DNA of 63,964 nt, filler included, from Choristocarpus tenellus KU-1152 (taxonomy: Eukaryota > Protista > Phaeophyceae), in the NCBI GenBank assembly GCA_964200185.2. It is 12 parts of 12 records of this genome, joined end to end, with 100 filler letters (N's around TTAATTAATTAA, not from the genome) between each part and the next. Parts side by side here need not be neighbours in the genome. Positions count along the whole stretch, not along the records: positions 51,467 to 54,675 come from CAXNAD020021519.1; positions 54,776 to 59,781 come from CAXNAD020012194.1; positions 59,882 to 63,964 come from CAXNAD020016311.1; 9 more parts are not named here. One strand, written 5' to 3'. The position numbers and the translations under genes are program-made. The notes under the pieces are model-generated. The model was not told the DNA's origin. It did not search any database and saw only the letters and a list, made by a program, of their open reading frames with translations. Position 1 is the first letter of the stretch; each line of letters opens with the position of its first letter. Positions 52,734 to 63,964 of the stretch are shown here, piece by piece.

Positions 52734-55647
52734 TGATCTTAACCTAGAGGCGGCTACCAACACCGTAAAAGGGCTTGGCTTAGACTTGCATTATTCCTAG
52801 ATCTATAGGCCAATTCAACTTCAACAAAGCAACTCCAATCATTGTTCTGATTATGGAAATAGTTCAAAAGGTATAATGATGTTAATTGAAGTGTACTTGA
52901 AAATAAATTATTCGTTCATCTTTAGATCAACAATTTATTGACACACCTTAGTTTAATGTATGATGTAGTGATGTTGGAAAGCAAAAACAATTGGTAATTA
53001 TTGTGAAGGATAATGTATCATCATACAACATACTCAACGAGATCATCAGAGGGACAATCCCAAAAAGATACAAATATATATATTAAGGATCTGTGTGTCA
53101 GAAAATAATATTAACCATTCAAATCCACAGAGAGAAAAAAGATCGTAAACCCTAAGAATAAGATCATTCAGCTCCAGCATCAAGGACCAAAAATGGTTTT
53201 AAACGGACCACATATCCATGTGCACTTCAGAGCATCTTTAACACCCACTAGATACTCCAAAGTACAGCCTAATATCACCAACACCAAAAAGAGTATCCTA
53301 GGCCAGGCATAGAAAATAAACCAATCCGCTTCCCCTCCAGATAAGAAATTATTATAAGCTCAAGCAGAGGGTATCACACTAGGTTGGTGATCAAACCCTC
53401 TTTCGAATGACGGGCTGGGGCTGCTTCGACCTCGGCCGTGTGACAGGATTCCATTAAGTGTTTTCATAGTGTGTCAATAATAAATTGAGAAGTCAAACAA
53501 CACATCGAAACATCCCTGATAAGCGTGTGTATCTGGGTATTTGACGAACACATTTAGTCCCTGTTGTATTCATATTATCATAATATACCACAAATACACA
53601 TTGGGGATCCAAAAAAATATCCGGAAAAAAATCTGACGAGGATATTCCTCTGTATCTTTCATATCATCTGCTCCCTGTCTTCCCCGTGTACTGCATTTTG
53701 CCAAGCAATTATTTCTGCTGTTCTCATTACAATTATAATAGTACATAGCTCAGGTACCCCACCCCTTGTCGCTCCCCATCCTCTCTCAATGTTGTCCTGT
53801 AGCCCACTCCAAGCTATCGCTCCGCAACAATCAAATGCCATAATGTTACAACTATTCCTGCGTTTGTGGTACAACAATCAATCTAAAGGCAGGTGTGCTA
53901 ACGACGCCCATAGAAGTCATATTTCCCTGACAAGGTCATTTATTGATGTCAGGGTTCAAACCCTTACACACCCTGCCAAGAGTTCTGTATGTTCACCACT
54001 GAATTACAGTATGCCTACCCGTAAATTCAACCTTCCCTAGGCACAGTCGTACTTGGCCTTACTACCATTAATATGTATTGATAGTGCTACATCGAAGTAG
54101 TTACCCTTACACCAGTGGGTATTTTTATCGTCAATCGTCAGGCAAACACCCCAGAATACACTAACCATTTTTTTGTGTATAGTATTTTGCGAATGTTCAT
54201 GAACTTTGTGCAGGCACAGTAAGTTTGTTTTTGAGGATTTGGTCAGGCATAGAGATGATATATTGAAGGATGACAAGAATCATTGTTGCTCTTCGATGAT
54301 ATTATGCGATATTGATATAATAATGTATTATTCATTGCAGTAAATGCTGTCAACTACTTATATAGGTACATACTATCCACTACTTTGTTTTCTTCGATGT
54401 TGGTAATGTGTATTGCTACTTTTCCACTATCAATCCGAGCACATGTATTACGTTGCAAGTGTCGTGAGTTGAGGTAGATATTGTCCATAACTGTTACAGG
54501 CGAATAGCGCGAGCATTTCTTCTCGTGTTTTAGCAAATACGAACATTTGTGACAGACGTATAGTGCGAGGATTGTTTCTCGCGTTCTAACAAGTACGAAC
54601 AATATACGATATTAGTAACACATAGGTAGCCTTACAGAATAAAAGCTGATTTCGTAGAAGATACAGAGTAAGATTNNNNNNNNNNNNNNNNNNNNNNNNN
54701 NNNNNNNNNNNNNNNNNNNTTAATTAATTAANNNNNNNNNNNNNNNNNNNNNNNNNNNNNNNNNNNNNNNNNNNNAATTGATAGTAATGTCTTTGTCATG
54801 TGACTACGAAAATATTGTCCGGGTTATTATAGTACAACAAGAAGAATCCTAGACGATTGTTGTAGCAAGTAACCCAGGGGACCATCCTAGAGAAAATGCT
54901 CCCAACATTGGCAATGTGTGCATTGCTGACCAAGACCCATTTCCTTGATTGAAAATTGTCTCTGTTATTCTTAGAGTAAATATTCCATGCACACTTGGTG
55001 TGATCATCCTCGAAATGAGGATATCCGATCACCATCTATGTGTTACATATCATGAACTCGCACTAGCTGATACTGTGGAGGTTTGAAACAGTAGCTGTTC
55101 AGATAAAAGCACCCCAAACTCAATGAACACACCTTTCACATAAAAGATCTGCTACAAATACAGGTGCCCAAAGTTGAAACCAAGACTTCGTGAGGACTAT
55201 TGGTCCTTGCACTCCAAAAAGACCCCACGCAGAGATGCTTGGTCATCTTGGTACACAACAGATGCATTGTTGTCACAAACACTGGTGAAAAACGTCCACA
55301 CACAAGCAGTCCACCTTCCTCAAACTCACTCATGAACTATCAGAATGACTGGGGTCACAAAGCAGTAGTTCGAGGGACATTCATCATATCTTCCAAACTT
55401 CCCAAGTCATGTCCATCTTTCCTGTTCCATCAACCCTTCAGCTTCAGATAGGTATCCATCAGCAAGTGCTAGAGATTGTTGCTTGATGGATGTTTTACAT
55501 TCCAGTCATTGGCCTCGACTGTGTCTACTAGAAGATAGTCCTCCTCTTCATCAAAAATCTCCACGTCAGCAACCTGCAACGTCTTGTTGGTAATCAGCTT
55601 GCACTCCCTGCACTCGCTCACAATAGCAGCATGTACCCAGCAACAAT

Positions 55648-55874
55648 GAGCCAAAGTAAACTAGAGTTACTCAATTTGACCGTTTTGCATGCAAAGCCTG
55701 TTTTTCGATAATTTTGGAAATCACCCATATTTCTATGGATGAAGTTCTAAGTTTGACTTTTCCAACTCGGTTCAGAAAACTCCTATACACATTTGCAAAA
55801 AACCCCTGAATTTTCCACAACTTTCCCAGTATCCTTAAAATGCAACTCTGGGTACCTCTTGTTTATTTTCACTC
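55648..55874 (+). mobile_element. MITE family C
   Basis: GAGCCAAAGTAAACTAGAG / CTCTTGTTTATTTTCACTC; flanks AAT...AAT. Confidence 0.85.
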
Positions 55875-57494
55875 AATTATAGATCATTAGAGTCATGGTT
55901 GAATCGCTGGCTTGAATCCTATTAAATTCATGGTGATGAATCACCTGACAGAAGGGTGCATTTTTGATAGGGTTTGGTCTTTGATTTGCCTACACCTCCA
56001 CTAGTCTTCATTCTGGGAGTCATATTCATTCCACCAGGAAAACTGTGTAGTTGTGCAAAAAACTGGCAGTCACCTCATAGGGCGGTCTCACCGTCCTTCT
56101 TACCCGAACCTGCTGATTTTCTTTACCATTGATAACAGCAGGTGTATCACTGCCATCATTTCTTAAGGTCTAAGTCCTGGTCATTATGATATCATTCCCC
56201 CAATCAATCTGATCCATATCCTTCATTTTGGTTGCCATGGGTTTAGATTTGCCCTGTATAAACACTGTCGAGAGTAAAGACAATTGGCAGGTGCCCATCC
56301 TTTGCATTCCATCATTTTCCTGTTATTGCACAGCCTCCTGACCTGGAGTTTGTTTCACCTTCTTTGCAGGGGGTTTCTCTTGTTGCTACTCTGCCTCCCC
56401 ACCCATCCCAAGTGTTAGAAAGACTGTAGATAGTCTGAACTCCTGGCTCTTGAGAGTCCCGAAGAGGAATTAAGAGAATTCAGTTGGTGTTCTCAGGTGT
56501 CTTTGTTATTGATACTGTGTATGGTCCTTCTATTTTTGAAGATAGGATAAAGTTGAGAAGTGACAAGTGAGAAGTGAACGCCATTTTAATAGAGGGGGCT
56601 TTGGTAGTACCAAGAATCATCGAGATAAGTTCAATCAAGAATCAGTACCACTTCAAGTCAAATCAAAAAGTAATATAAAACAGTAATGTTGCAGAACAAT
56701 GTATGTGATGCATTGCGTTCATGATATTGTTGTACAGAATATAACTGCTCTAAGGGCTACAGAGTACTGTGATTGCTCTAGAAGCCTGTATGATGCTATA
56801 TAACTAGCTCTGTGGCTTCTCTGTCTTCACCATGCCCTCTGGACCTTTTAGATCGACTTCCTTGGTCTCTTGCACCTTGATTCTGACACAGGGGATGATT
56901 TGCCCTCTCTAAAGAAGGCTGCACTTTGGGGTGTTTCTCCTCTGAGTTTTCTGTCGACAGGGTATTGACATTGCCACTTGTCAACCTTTTTTTAGTCACA
57001 GGAATTTGATGATATCTTATTAACCGATGGAACCAACTTTTCATTATCCTTATTGCCGCCTCCCCTCTTCCCTCCCACCTCAACCGCTTTCATACCCCAG
57101 CCAACCACTGGGCCTCCCCCTTCAACACAATTAGAGGGAGAGAGAGGAATAGGGTCCACCTCCTCCTGACTCACCTCATCCTCCTCCCTCAGGTTCCCCT
57201 CTTCCACTTTCTCCCCCATCTCTAGTACATTCTCCTTGTTGTCCGTGTCCATGAATGACATTGATCTTGAAGAATTAGATTTAGAAAATGAGCTTCCCCA
57301 TCTTTTTTGTCCGGTGAGTTACTGTGAATTCTGTTCTTTCAATTTTGTGTCCTTGTCTATCTCACTTCAACTGTCACTTGAGATGCCACTTGAGCTGTTG
57401 CTTAGCCTTTGTCCACTTCCTCCTCACTCTTCTTCTGTGCAATATAGGCTGGTATTCTGTAGATTTTCCATAAGGTTTTTGATGGTGAGTAGCA

Positions 57495-59781
57495 TGTAAC
57501 AAAGCTGTTAGCTGAGTGGCTTAATTGTCAATCACTTGCCTCTACACGGTCGGTGTCATGGGTTTGAGTCTTGACGGGCTTGTTTGTTACCTTTTGGTTT
57601 GCTACAAGTGGCTGATGCAGCTACAACTGACAGAGAACGATTGACGTAGTGTGACTGACGCAGACATGTTCTGACGTGTCTGCTGACGTGTGCAGTAGGT
57701 AACGAGGTAGGGCACCCCCCCTCCTCAAGGGATGGTGCTCACTTCGCTAATTAATTCATCCATACAACATAAAGTAAAAAACTCTATTCGAACAGTTTTT
57801 TTTGCACAGGTTATGAGCCTCACAGGTATGGAAGTGGACCCATGTAAGCTACCACTATGGACTGGCATGTAGGGGCATACAAGGCAGAAGTGGGCAAAAT
57901 GGGGGATGGTGTTTGTGAGCTATGCGGGCAGGAAGGGACTGTACCGCATCGTCCAACTGGTGTACCACATCACTGCATCTCCGACGGTGGATACATCGTT
58001 TGGGGGCTGCAACGCGTATGATGAGTACATCAAGCATTGCGAGGTCTTGTGGTTCCTGCTGGGCCAGGCCACGAGGGGGGTCGCAGCAATGGTGGTCAGC
58101 ACCCACGAGAACAACAGCAGACTCGACGGGAGGGCAGCCTGGCTTGACCTGGAACAAATCTACGGGGGGTGCTGCAGTGCAGCGGCCCATGCAGCTCATA
58201 GCTCTTGAGATGAAGCTGTGGGACATGTACTGCTCATTGGTGGAGGACGCTGCTGGCTTCATCATCTGTCTCGATCACGTCTGGACTGAGTACGAGCAGC
58301 TGGAGACGGCCAAGGAGGAAGGACCATACCAAGAAGGGGGCTCTGATAATCGGCATCAGGGACAGCATGCCACAGGTGTTCACGCAGCTGTCCACAGCAC
58401 CAGATCTCACCTTCAACCACCTCAAAACCGTCATCATCTCGTCCTCTTCGTACATGATAACAGAGTTCACAAGGGAGACGACCAGGAGCTCAGAGGCTGT
58501 GACGCTTTACACCGGTGCAGGGACACCAACAGGGAGACAGGGGTCCTGCAGCGGCCTCAGGGCGAACCAAGGTGTTTTTTGTCTCAAACACAACCACAGG
58601 TGAAAGGAGTGCCACTCGTTCCTAGCCAGCAAACCTCCGGCTAAGCGCCCCCATAGGCTTGGGGCGGCGTGCAAGTTCCCACCGTTGCCAGCCAGGGACC
58701 AGAGCAGCGGCGGCGGAGGTGGTGGCAAGGTTGATCGCCAGATCTCATTGTGGGCCTTCCTGGCCATGAACGTGTCGGTTGGGGAGGATGTGTACAGCAG
58801 AATGGTCGAGGCAGCGCTCCTGGCTTCTTCTCAAGATCTGTCCAAGACCATCACCCTCCTGTGTGACTCAAGTGCAAACTTGCACCTCACTCCCCAACTG
58901 AGAACTTCACACTGCAGCAACAGCTATCACTCGCACCTGCACCTTCAGAAACAAGCGTACACTGGATGCATGAGCAACCAGCGAGATGGTCCTAGAGGCA
59001 ACCGATGAGACGGGCACGCCGACCATGATTGTGCTCTAGGATGTGCTCTGGGTACCGGGTCTGCCATGCAGGCTTCTCAGCACAAGCAGTGTGCAGTGCA
59101 AGGGAGGTGAGTTCGTGGACTCAGGGATGAGGAGCTACATCCAGGGCAACATGGGGGTAGCCAAGATCCATTTGGAGGAGAAGGGAGACTTCCTGATACT
59201 GTGGGCCCAGTTTCACATAAAAAAAGTGAAGAAGGGTCAGGCGACAGCCCTATTCTAGCTACGCCAACAAGTAGTAGTGCCTCTACCTCTCTGACTGGCA
59301 CAACATCATGGGTCACCTCTACCCATTCGTGATCAAGCACCTGGAGAAGCGCGGCCTCCAGGACATCGCAGATGCCACAATTGCCTCAGAACTCCACTGC
59401 CAGGTATGCAAGGAGTGCAAGTCCAACGCACTCAGTTATGCACAGGGCAGCCACAGCCCGAAGACAGTGGGGGAGGTGGTGCACACAGACCTGGAGGAAC
59501 CCTTCGACCCGGACGTGACAGGCATGAAGTACTTTCAGGTGTTCGTAGATGAGGCCAGTGGAGAGAAGTGCAAGATGGGTCTGCTGCGCACCAAGGACGC
59601 TGCTACCGTGGCCACCGCCGCCTGCACCGACGAAATGGCTCAAGAAGGGGTGGTGGTGAGGTGCATCAGTGGGGATGGCGCTGGCAAGTTCGGGAGGAGC
59701 GTAAGGTTCCAGCACATGCTGACAGATTGGGGTGTGAAGTGGTGCAAGACCCCCCTGCGCACGCCCCAGAGCAGGGGACTT
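57495..59781 (+). mobile_element. Ty1/Copia retrotransposon, decayed: candidate 5' LTR 57495-57808, PBS 57809-57819, gag from 57813, protease about 58850-59100, integrase cut by contig end
   Basis: DGRAAWLDLEQIYG gag, CLKHNHR*KEC knuckle, LCDSSANLHL protease, HCQVCKECK, VVHTDLE...ISGDGAGKF integrase; paralogous to 21287-24649. Confidence 0.93.
57502..57582 (+). promoter_or_regulatory. tRNA-like segment (A box 57509-57519, B box 57561-57571) in the candidate LTR
   Basis: TAGCTGAGTGG and GGTTTGAGTCT at tRNA-like spacing; partial acceptor pairing AAGCT/GGCTT; T-rich tract follows. Confidence 0.5.
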
Positions 59782-59921
59782 NNNNNNNNNNNNNNNNNNN
59801 NNNNNNNNNNNNNNNNNNNNNNNNNTTAATTAATTAANNNNNNNNNNNNNNNNNNNNNNNNNNNNNNNNNNNNNNNNNNNNCCCCCCCCCGCCCAAAATC
59901 TCATCCCGAACCCCGACCCAG

Positions 59922-60718
59922 TATGGATTTCGCCTCTGATCCTGAGAAAGCCTTCGTGGTGGATCACGTGGAGACTCTACACGTCTTCCGGAGGCAGGGA
60001 CTGGCTACAAGTTTGGCCAATTTCGTGAAGGGCATCTCCGACGCGCATGACATTGGGCTCTATTGCCGATGTCACCTGGTGAGAAAAAAGACAGCATGAA
60101 CGCACATTAGGTTCTACACCCTATGCCAGGGTGACCATTTTTGAGAACTGGAAAAACAAGTTCGTGTCTTGCATTGTTGTTGCAATTCACCGCTGCTCTT
60201 CAATGAATTAACCTGCTTCATCGTTTTCACAAAGGCAACAGTATGCTCGATAAGGAGGGTGGGCTCCACCCACCCCTATCAACACATCAACACACTGGAA
60301 CCACTGGTGCTCTTATGCTTCTCTACTAGAGAAAGAGTTCATATGAGCTACTCGGAAGGATTGGGTGGAGGGGACTAGGATGACAATGTTGCTGAGTTGG
60401 TCTTACTGTCCTTAATAATGTATGTCTGTGTTTTCTGCGGTCTAGTACAGGTATACCTTAAGACTGCATACTTACTAGTTTGAGGTTTGTCATGATTATT
60501 CTCTGTCCCTCACTGTGTGCAAAAGTTGCCATTGGAAAGTGTGAACAACTCTATTTATTTTGTGTTTTGCATCCACTATCATTGTCTTGCCAGAGGTGTT
60601 TTTGTCTTTTACCTCTACAACTACCTTAATTTTTTTTGTAGGCATACCACCGCTTGTTATTGCCTGGGACTGGTTTTTATTGCCCCACCACAATAAACCG
60701 GGCATAGCTGTTGTTGTT

Positions 60719-60763
<45 letters not shown>

Positions 60764-60773
60764 GCTGTTGTTG

Positions 60774-60805
<32 letters not shown>

Positions 60806-62772
60806 CTTGTTGTTGTTGTTGTTGTTGTTGTTATTATTATTGTTGTTATTATTGTTGTTGCTATGCAGTTACGTCGCAGCCCTGCCCTCCTGCTCAACCC
60901 AGAACACTGTACATTTTTGAGTTTTCCACACCCACAGGCGTATTGCATGACATGCAAAAAGCATGGGTAGCCCCGAGTGCTGCGCTTTTAACCTCCCCTG
61001 TTGTCTCTGTGGCACTTATTATACTTTTTGATGGTTGTGCTTATTATACTGAATTAGGAGTGCCTGCACCAAGTGAATACCAACGGCGAGACACTACTAA
61101 TTCAGTAGGTATAACAATGAAATATACATATATATATACATTTTTTGCCTATTCCATCTCAAGTTGAACACAAAAACAGCAATTGCATGTAAGCAGGAGT
61201 GGCAGCACGCTTTTCACCCTACAGTAATGCCCTCAAGCTACCCATCTGCCAATCGGTGTTGACCTCCTCAGCAACAGCAATTTTTTTTTTTGTAGCGGCC
61301 CTTTATTGCACTCGTTATTGCTATTTATTATTATTATTGTTATTGTTATTGCTGGTAATAATAGTTAAAATAGTGTTTGACAGTAGCAGCATTCATGGGT
61401 GGGGGGACATGGTACAGTCATGCCTGCGGAAGGAACACTCTGCACCTCACATGATGTCTACAAGTTTGTTTTTTCACCCCCCACATGATGTCAACCCTGT
61501 CCTTCCTACTCACACATTTGTTGACGCCGCTCTGTAGGCACGAGACTGAAGTAGCAAATCAAATATTTTAATATATTATATATATATAATAAAAAATATA
61601 TATATAATATATTAAAATAAAATAAAATACTCTGATTTTACGCTTGGGAGGAGTGGGGTGAGGAGACTGAGACTGAGAGACTGAAGCATTTGAGAGAGGG
61701 GCTTTTGTTGCCATTGTGGTTTAATAGTTTATTTTATATATATATATTATTATTATTATTATACATAGCCGGTGGTCCAACTGGCGACCTTGAAGTAGTC
61801 CCCGGGGAGTGGGGTATATGATATTTGAAGGATGTCTTTGAAGGATGTAATGAGAAGGAGACAAAAAAAAGAACTCCAAGAATGTAATGACATATCTGTC
61901 CTTGGAGCAAGGACTGTGTGATAGATCACCTTGACAATCTGTGATGTGTTTGGATCCCTGCCAAGTGACTGAGATGTGTTTGAAGCTTGTCTTCTTGGAA
62001 CTTGTCTTCTTGGAGCTTGTCTTCTTTGAGTCGACTGTTTACAGTTAACATTCCACAGTCCACTCACAGTCCACTTGCATACTGCTTTTTACAATTAACA
62101 AGCACTGCTTGAACAGAAATTGTGTGCTTCAGGAGGTTAAGAATTGTCCTTTGCCCCCCCCCTCCCTACCCTCCATTCCCCCTCGCCAGTCCTTCATCCA
62201 ATGGCTCCGACCTTGCTTGATTGCTTTTCTTTTAACACCCCTCTTTACCAAATTCTCATGGAGGATCTTTTGTCTCTATGTGTGTGTGTGTGTGTGTGTT
62301 TTTTTTTTTAATCTTTTTTCTTTTCTGTGTGTTATGTGTGTGTTGTGTGTGTTTATGTGTGTGTGCCCTTCCCTTAACAAATAGTCTGGAGAAGGCTTCT
62401 GGGAGAGGCTGGGTTTCCAGCGAGAGCCTTCCCCAGACCTCAATGCACTCTGCAATGTCCTTGATGAGTCGCCTAGCCCTGGAGTAGGAGGAGCAATGAA
62501 GGCTGTTGGAAAGGATGTTAATCCTGGAAAGGATGTTAATCCTGGAAAGGATGTTAATCCTGGAAAGGATGTGTCTATTACTATCCCCACCACCGCAGAC
62601 GGCTCCTCTTCAATCTCCTCTTCAATTACCTCCACTGTCCAAGTTCCAACTGGTGTTACCTCCTCAACCCGTTGTCTTACTGCCCCTGGTTCTGGCCTAG
62701 TGCTTCTTCGAGCAGGGTCAACCTACTGTACATACTGTCCAGCGGGGGAGGGTCGATATCAGGGCAGGCAAG
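59922..62772 (+). CDS. GNAT-family acetyltransferase, two exons (59922-60078, 62385 to about 62772), partial
   Basis: VDHVETLHVFRRQGLATSL (acetyl-CoA motif A) splices in phase to SGEGFWERLGF (motif B); second donor uncertain. Confidence 0.75.
60708..60861. repeat. Compound (TTG)n/(TTA)n microsatellite in the GNAT intron
   Basis: Direct inspection. Confidence 0.95.
62508..62573 (+). repeat. 18-bp coding tandem repeat GGAAAGGATGTTAATCCT, about 3.6 units (GKDVNP)
   Basis: Perfect units in frame within the GNAT exon. Confidence 0.9.
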
Positions 62773-63964
62773 GTCTTGCAACATATTTTGTGTGTGTGTG
62801 TATCTATATATATGTATGTATGTATGTATGTGTATTATGTGTTTATTTTGATAGTTTATACAACATATGTTACGTTTCGTTTTTTCATATTAAAAAAAAA
62901 GTAAAAAATAATTGTTTTGTCATTTGAATTGATTGGCTTTTCATAATGCTGATTGCTTTTGCTTTTATTGTGCTGTGTTTTGTACGAAGTGTTTTTTTTT
63001 GTATGCACGTTTAAAAAAAACGCATGTGTAGATAGGGTTTTTTAAAATTATTATTAATTAAAAAAAGAAGCATATGAAGCTTGTATTTTTGTATTCCATC
63101 TTTTTTTGGAATTTTGTTCCAAAAATTAAAAAATATATATTTTCGACTTTTTTTTAATTTCAACAATTTTTAATTTAATGCAGTGATTGGCTCTTGTAGG
63201 AGACAGTGGTGTCTGAGTCGCCTACTTTTTTTTTTTCGAAATTGTAACTTTGTAGTTATTTAAAAAAAAATTAAATGAAGTAGAAAAAACTATGTAAGTT
63301 CATTGATGACGTTTGAAGGCTGCGGCGGGAGAGCAGGGGTAGATGAGAAACTGAGACCACTTGATAGTTGTATCTATCCAACTCCACCTGTTCATGCCCT
63401 AGCCAAGCGCATGTCTCTCTAGATCTCTGATGTTCATCCCTTCTTCATTAAGTATCCCTTGCCAACTGTGCTATCTGCCGACACCAGAAATGGATGAGAA
63501 AAAGAGGTGTTCAATAGTAGATGCGTCTATGTTCAAAACAGAAGATTATGTATTTCCCAGAGAGAGTCACAGTACTTGTAAGGATACAACAGAGAAGAGG
63601 CGAACCAACATGATTGCCATAAGAGCCACCCTCTACAGACCATCGCTTACTATGTGACATGATTGCCATTGCTTACTCAAGTGAGGTCAATCACACAGTG
63701 CCCACAATTCTCCCTTCGAAGACCACCGCCAACGCTATGAAGTATGCTGTATTCTTCAGGAGCAGACACCCTCAAGCACTCAATAAGATCTATGTGCACG
63801 ATAATAATATAATAAAATAATAATATGCCATAGTCGCAATAAAATCAGTGTTATCCCTTCCAGTTATTGGTGTAAAAATTTTTCAGTTTTTTTTTTGGGG
63901 GGGGAGGGGCCGCTTGAGACTTTTTTGTAATTTAAATAAGAGTCCCCCCCCCCCCCCCCCCCTT

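Noticed and set aside
52085-55654. Minus-strand ORFs at 52085-52345, 53659-53877 and 54796-55654
   Set aside because: Coding-like in places but no recognisable family; the last region has many stops. Left uncalled.
60496-60970. Poly-V, poly-L and poly-T/I ORFs as membrane proteins
   Set aside because: Translations of an intronic microsatellite.

Overview
This is not one locus. It is a concatenation of 12 short eukaryotic contigs joined by artificial 100-nt spacers (N44-TTAATTAATTAA-N44), so adjacency across spacers has no biological meaning. Histone H3/H4 signatures and intron-rich gene structure suggest a stramenopile, most likely a brown alga (inference). Genes: one intact tRNA-Leu(UAG), a divergent H4/H3 pair with apparent lesions, and partial spliced genes (carnitine acyltransferase, RRM protein, retinol-saturase/phytoene-desaturase-like oxidoreductase, RecQ, a MutS/MSH4-like exon, a repeat-containing putative ciliary protein head-to-head with a CgeB-like glycosyltransferase, and a GNAT). 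Mobile elements: decayed Gypsy, Copia and plant-mariner-type elements, three MITE families sharing the terminus GAGTCAAAGTA (Sola2-like), and a foldback element. Most notable: two related Copia elements whose candidate LTRs begin TGTAAC followed at the same offset by a tRNA-like A box and then a B box, and whose Ty5-type half-tRNAiMet PBS supplies the gag ATG. About a third of the inferred splice acceptors end in AAG. All calls were made by eye without searches.
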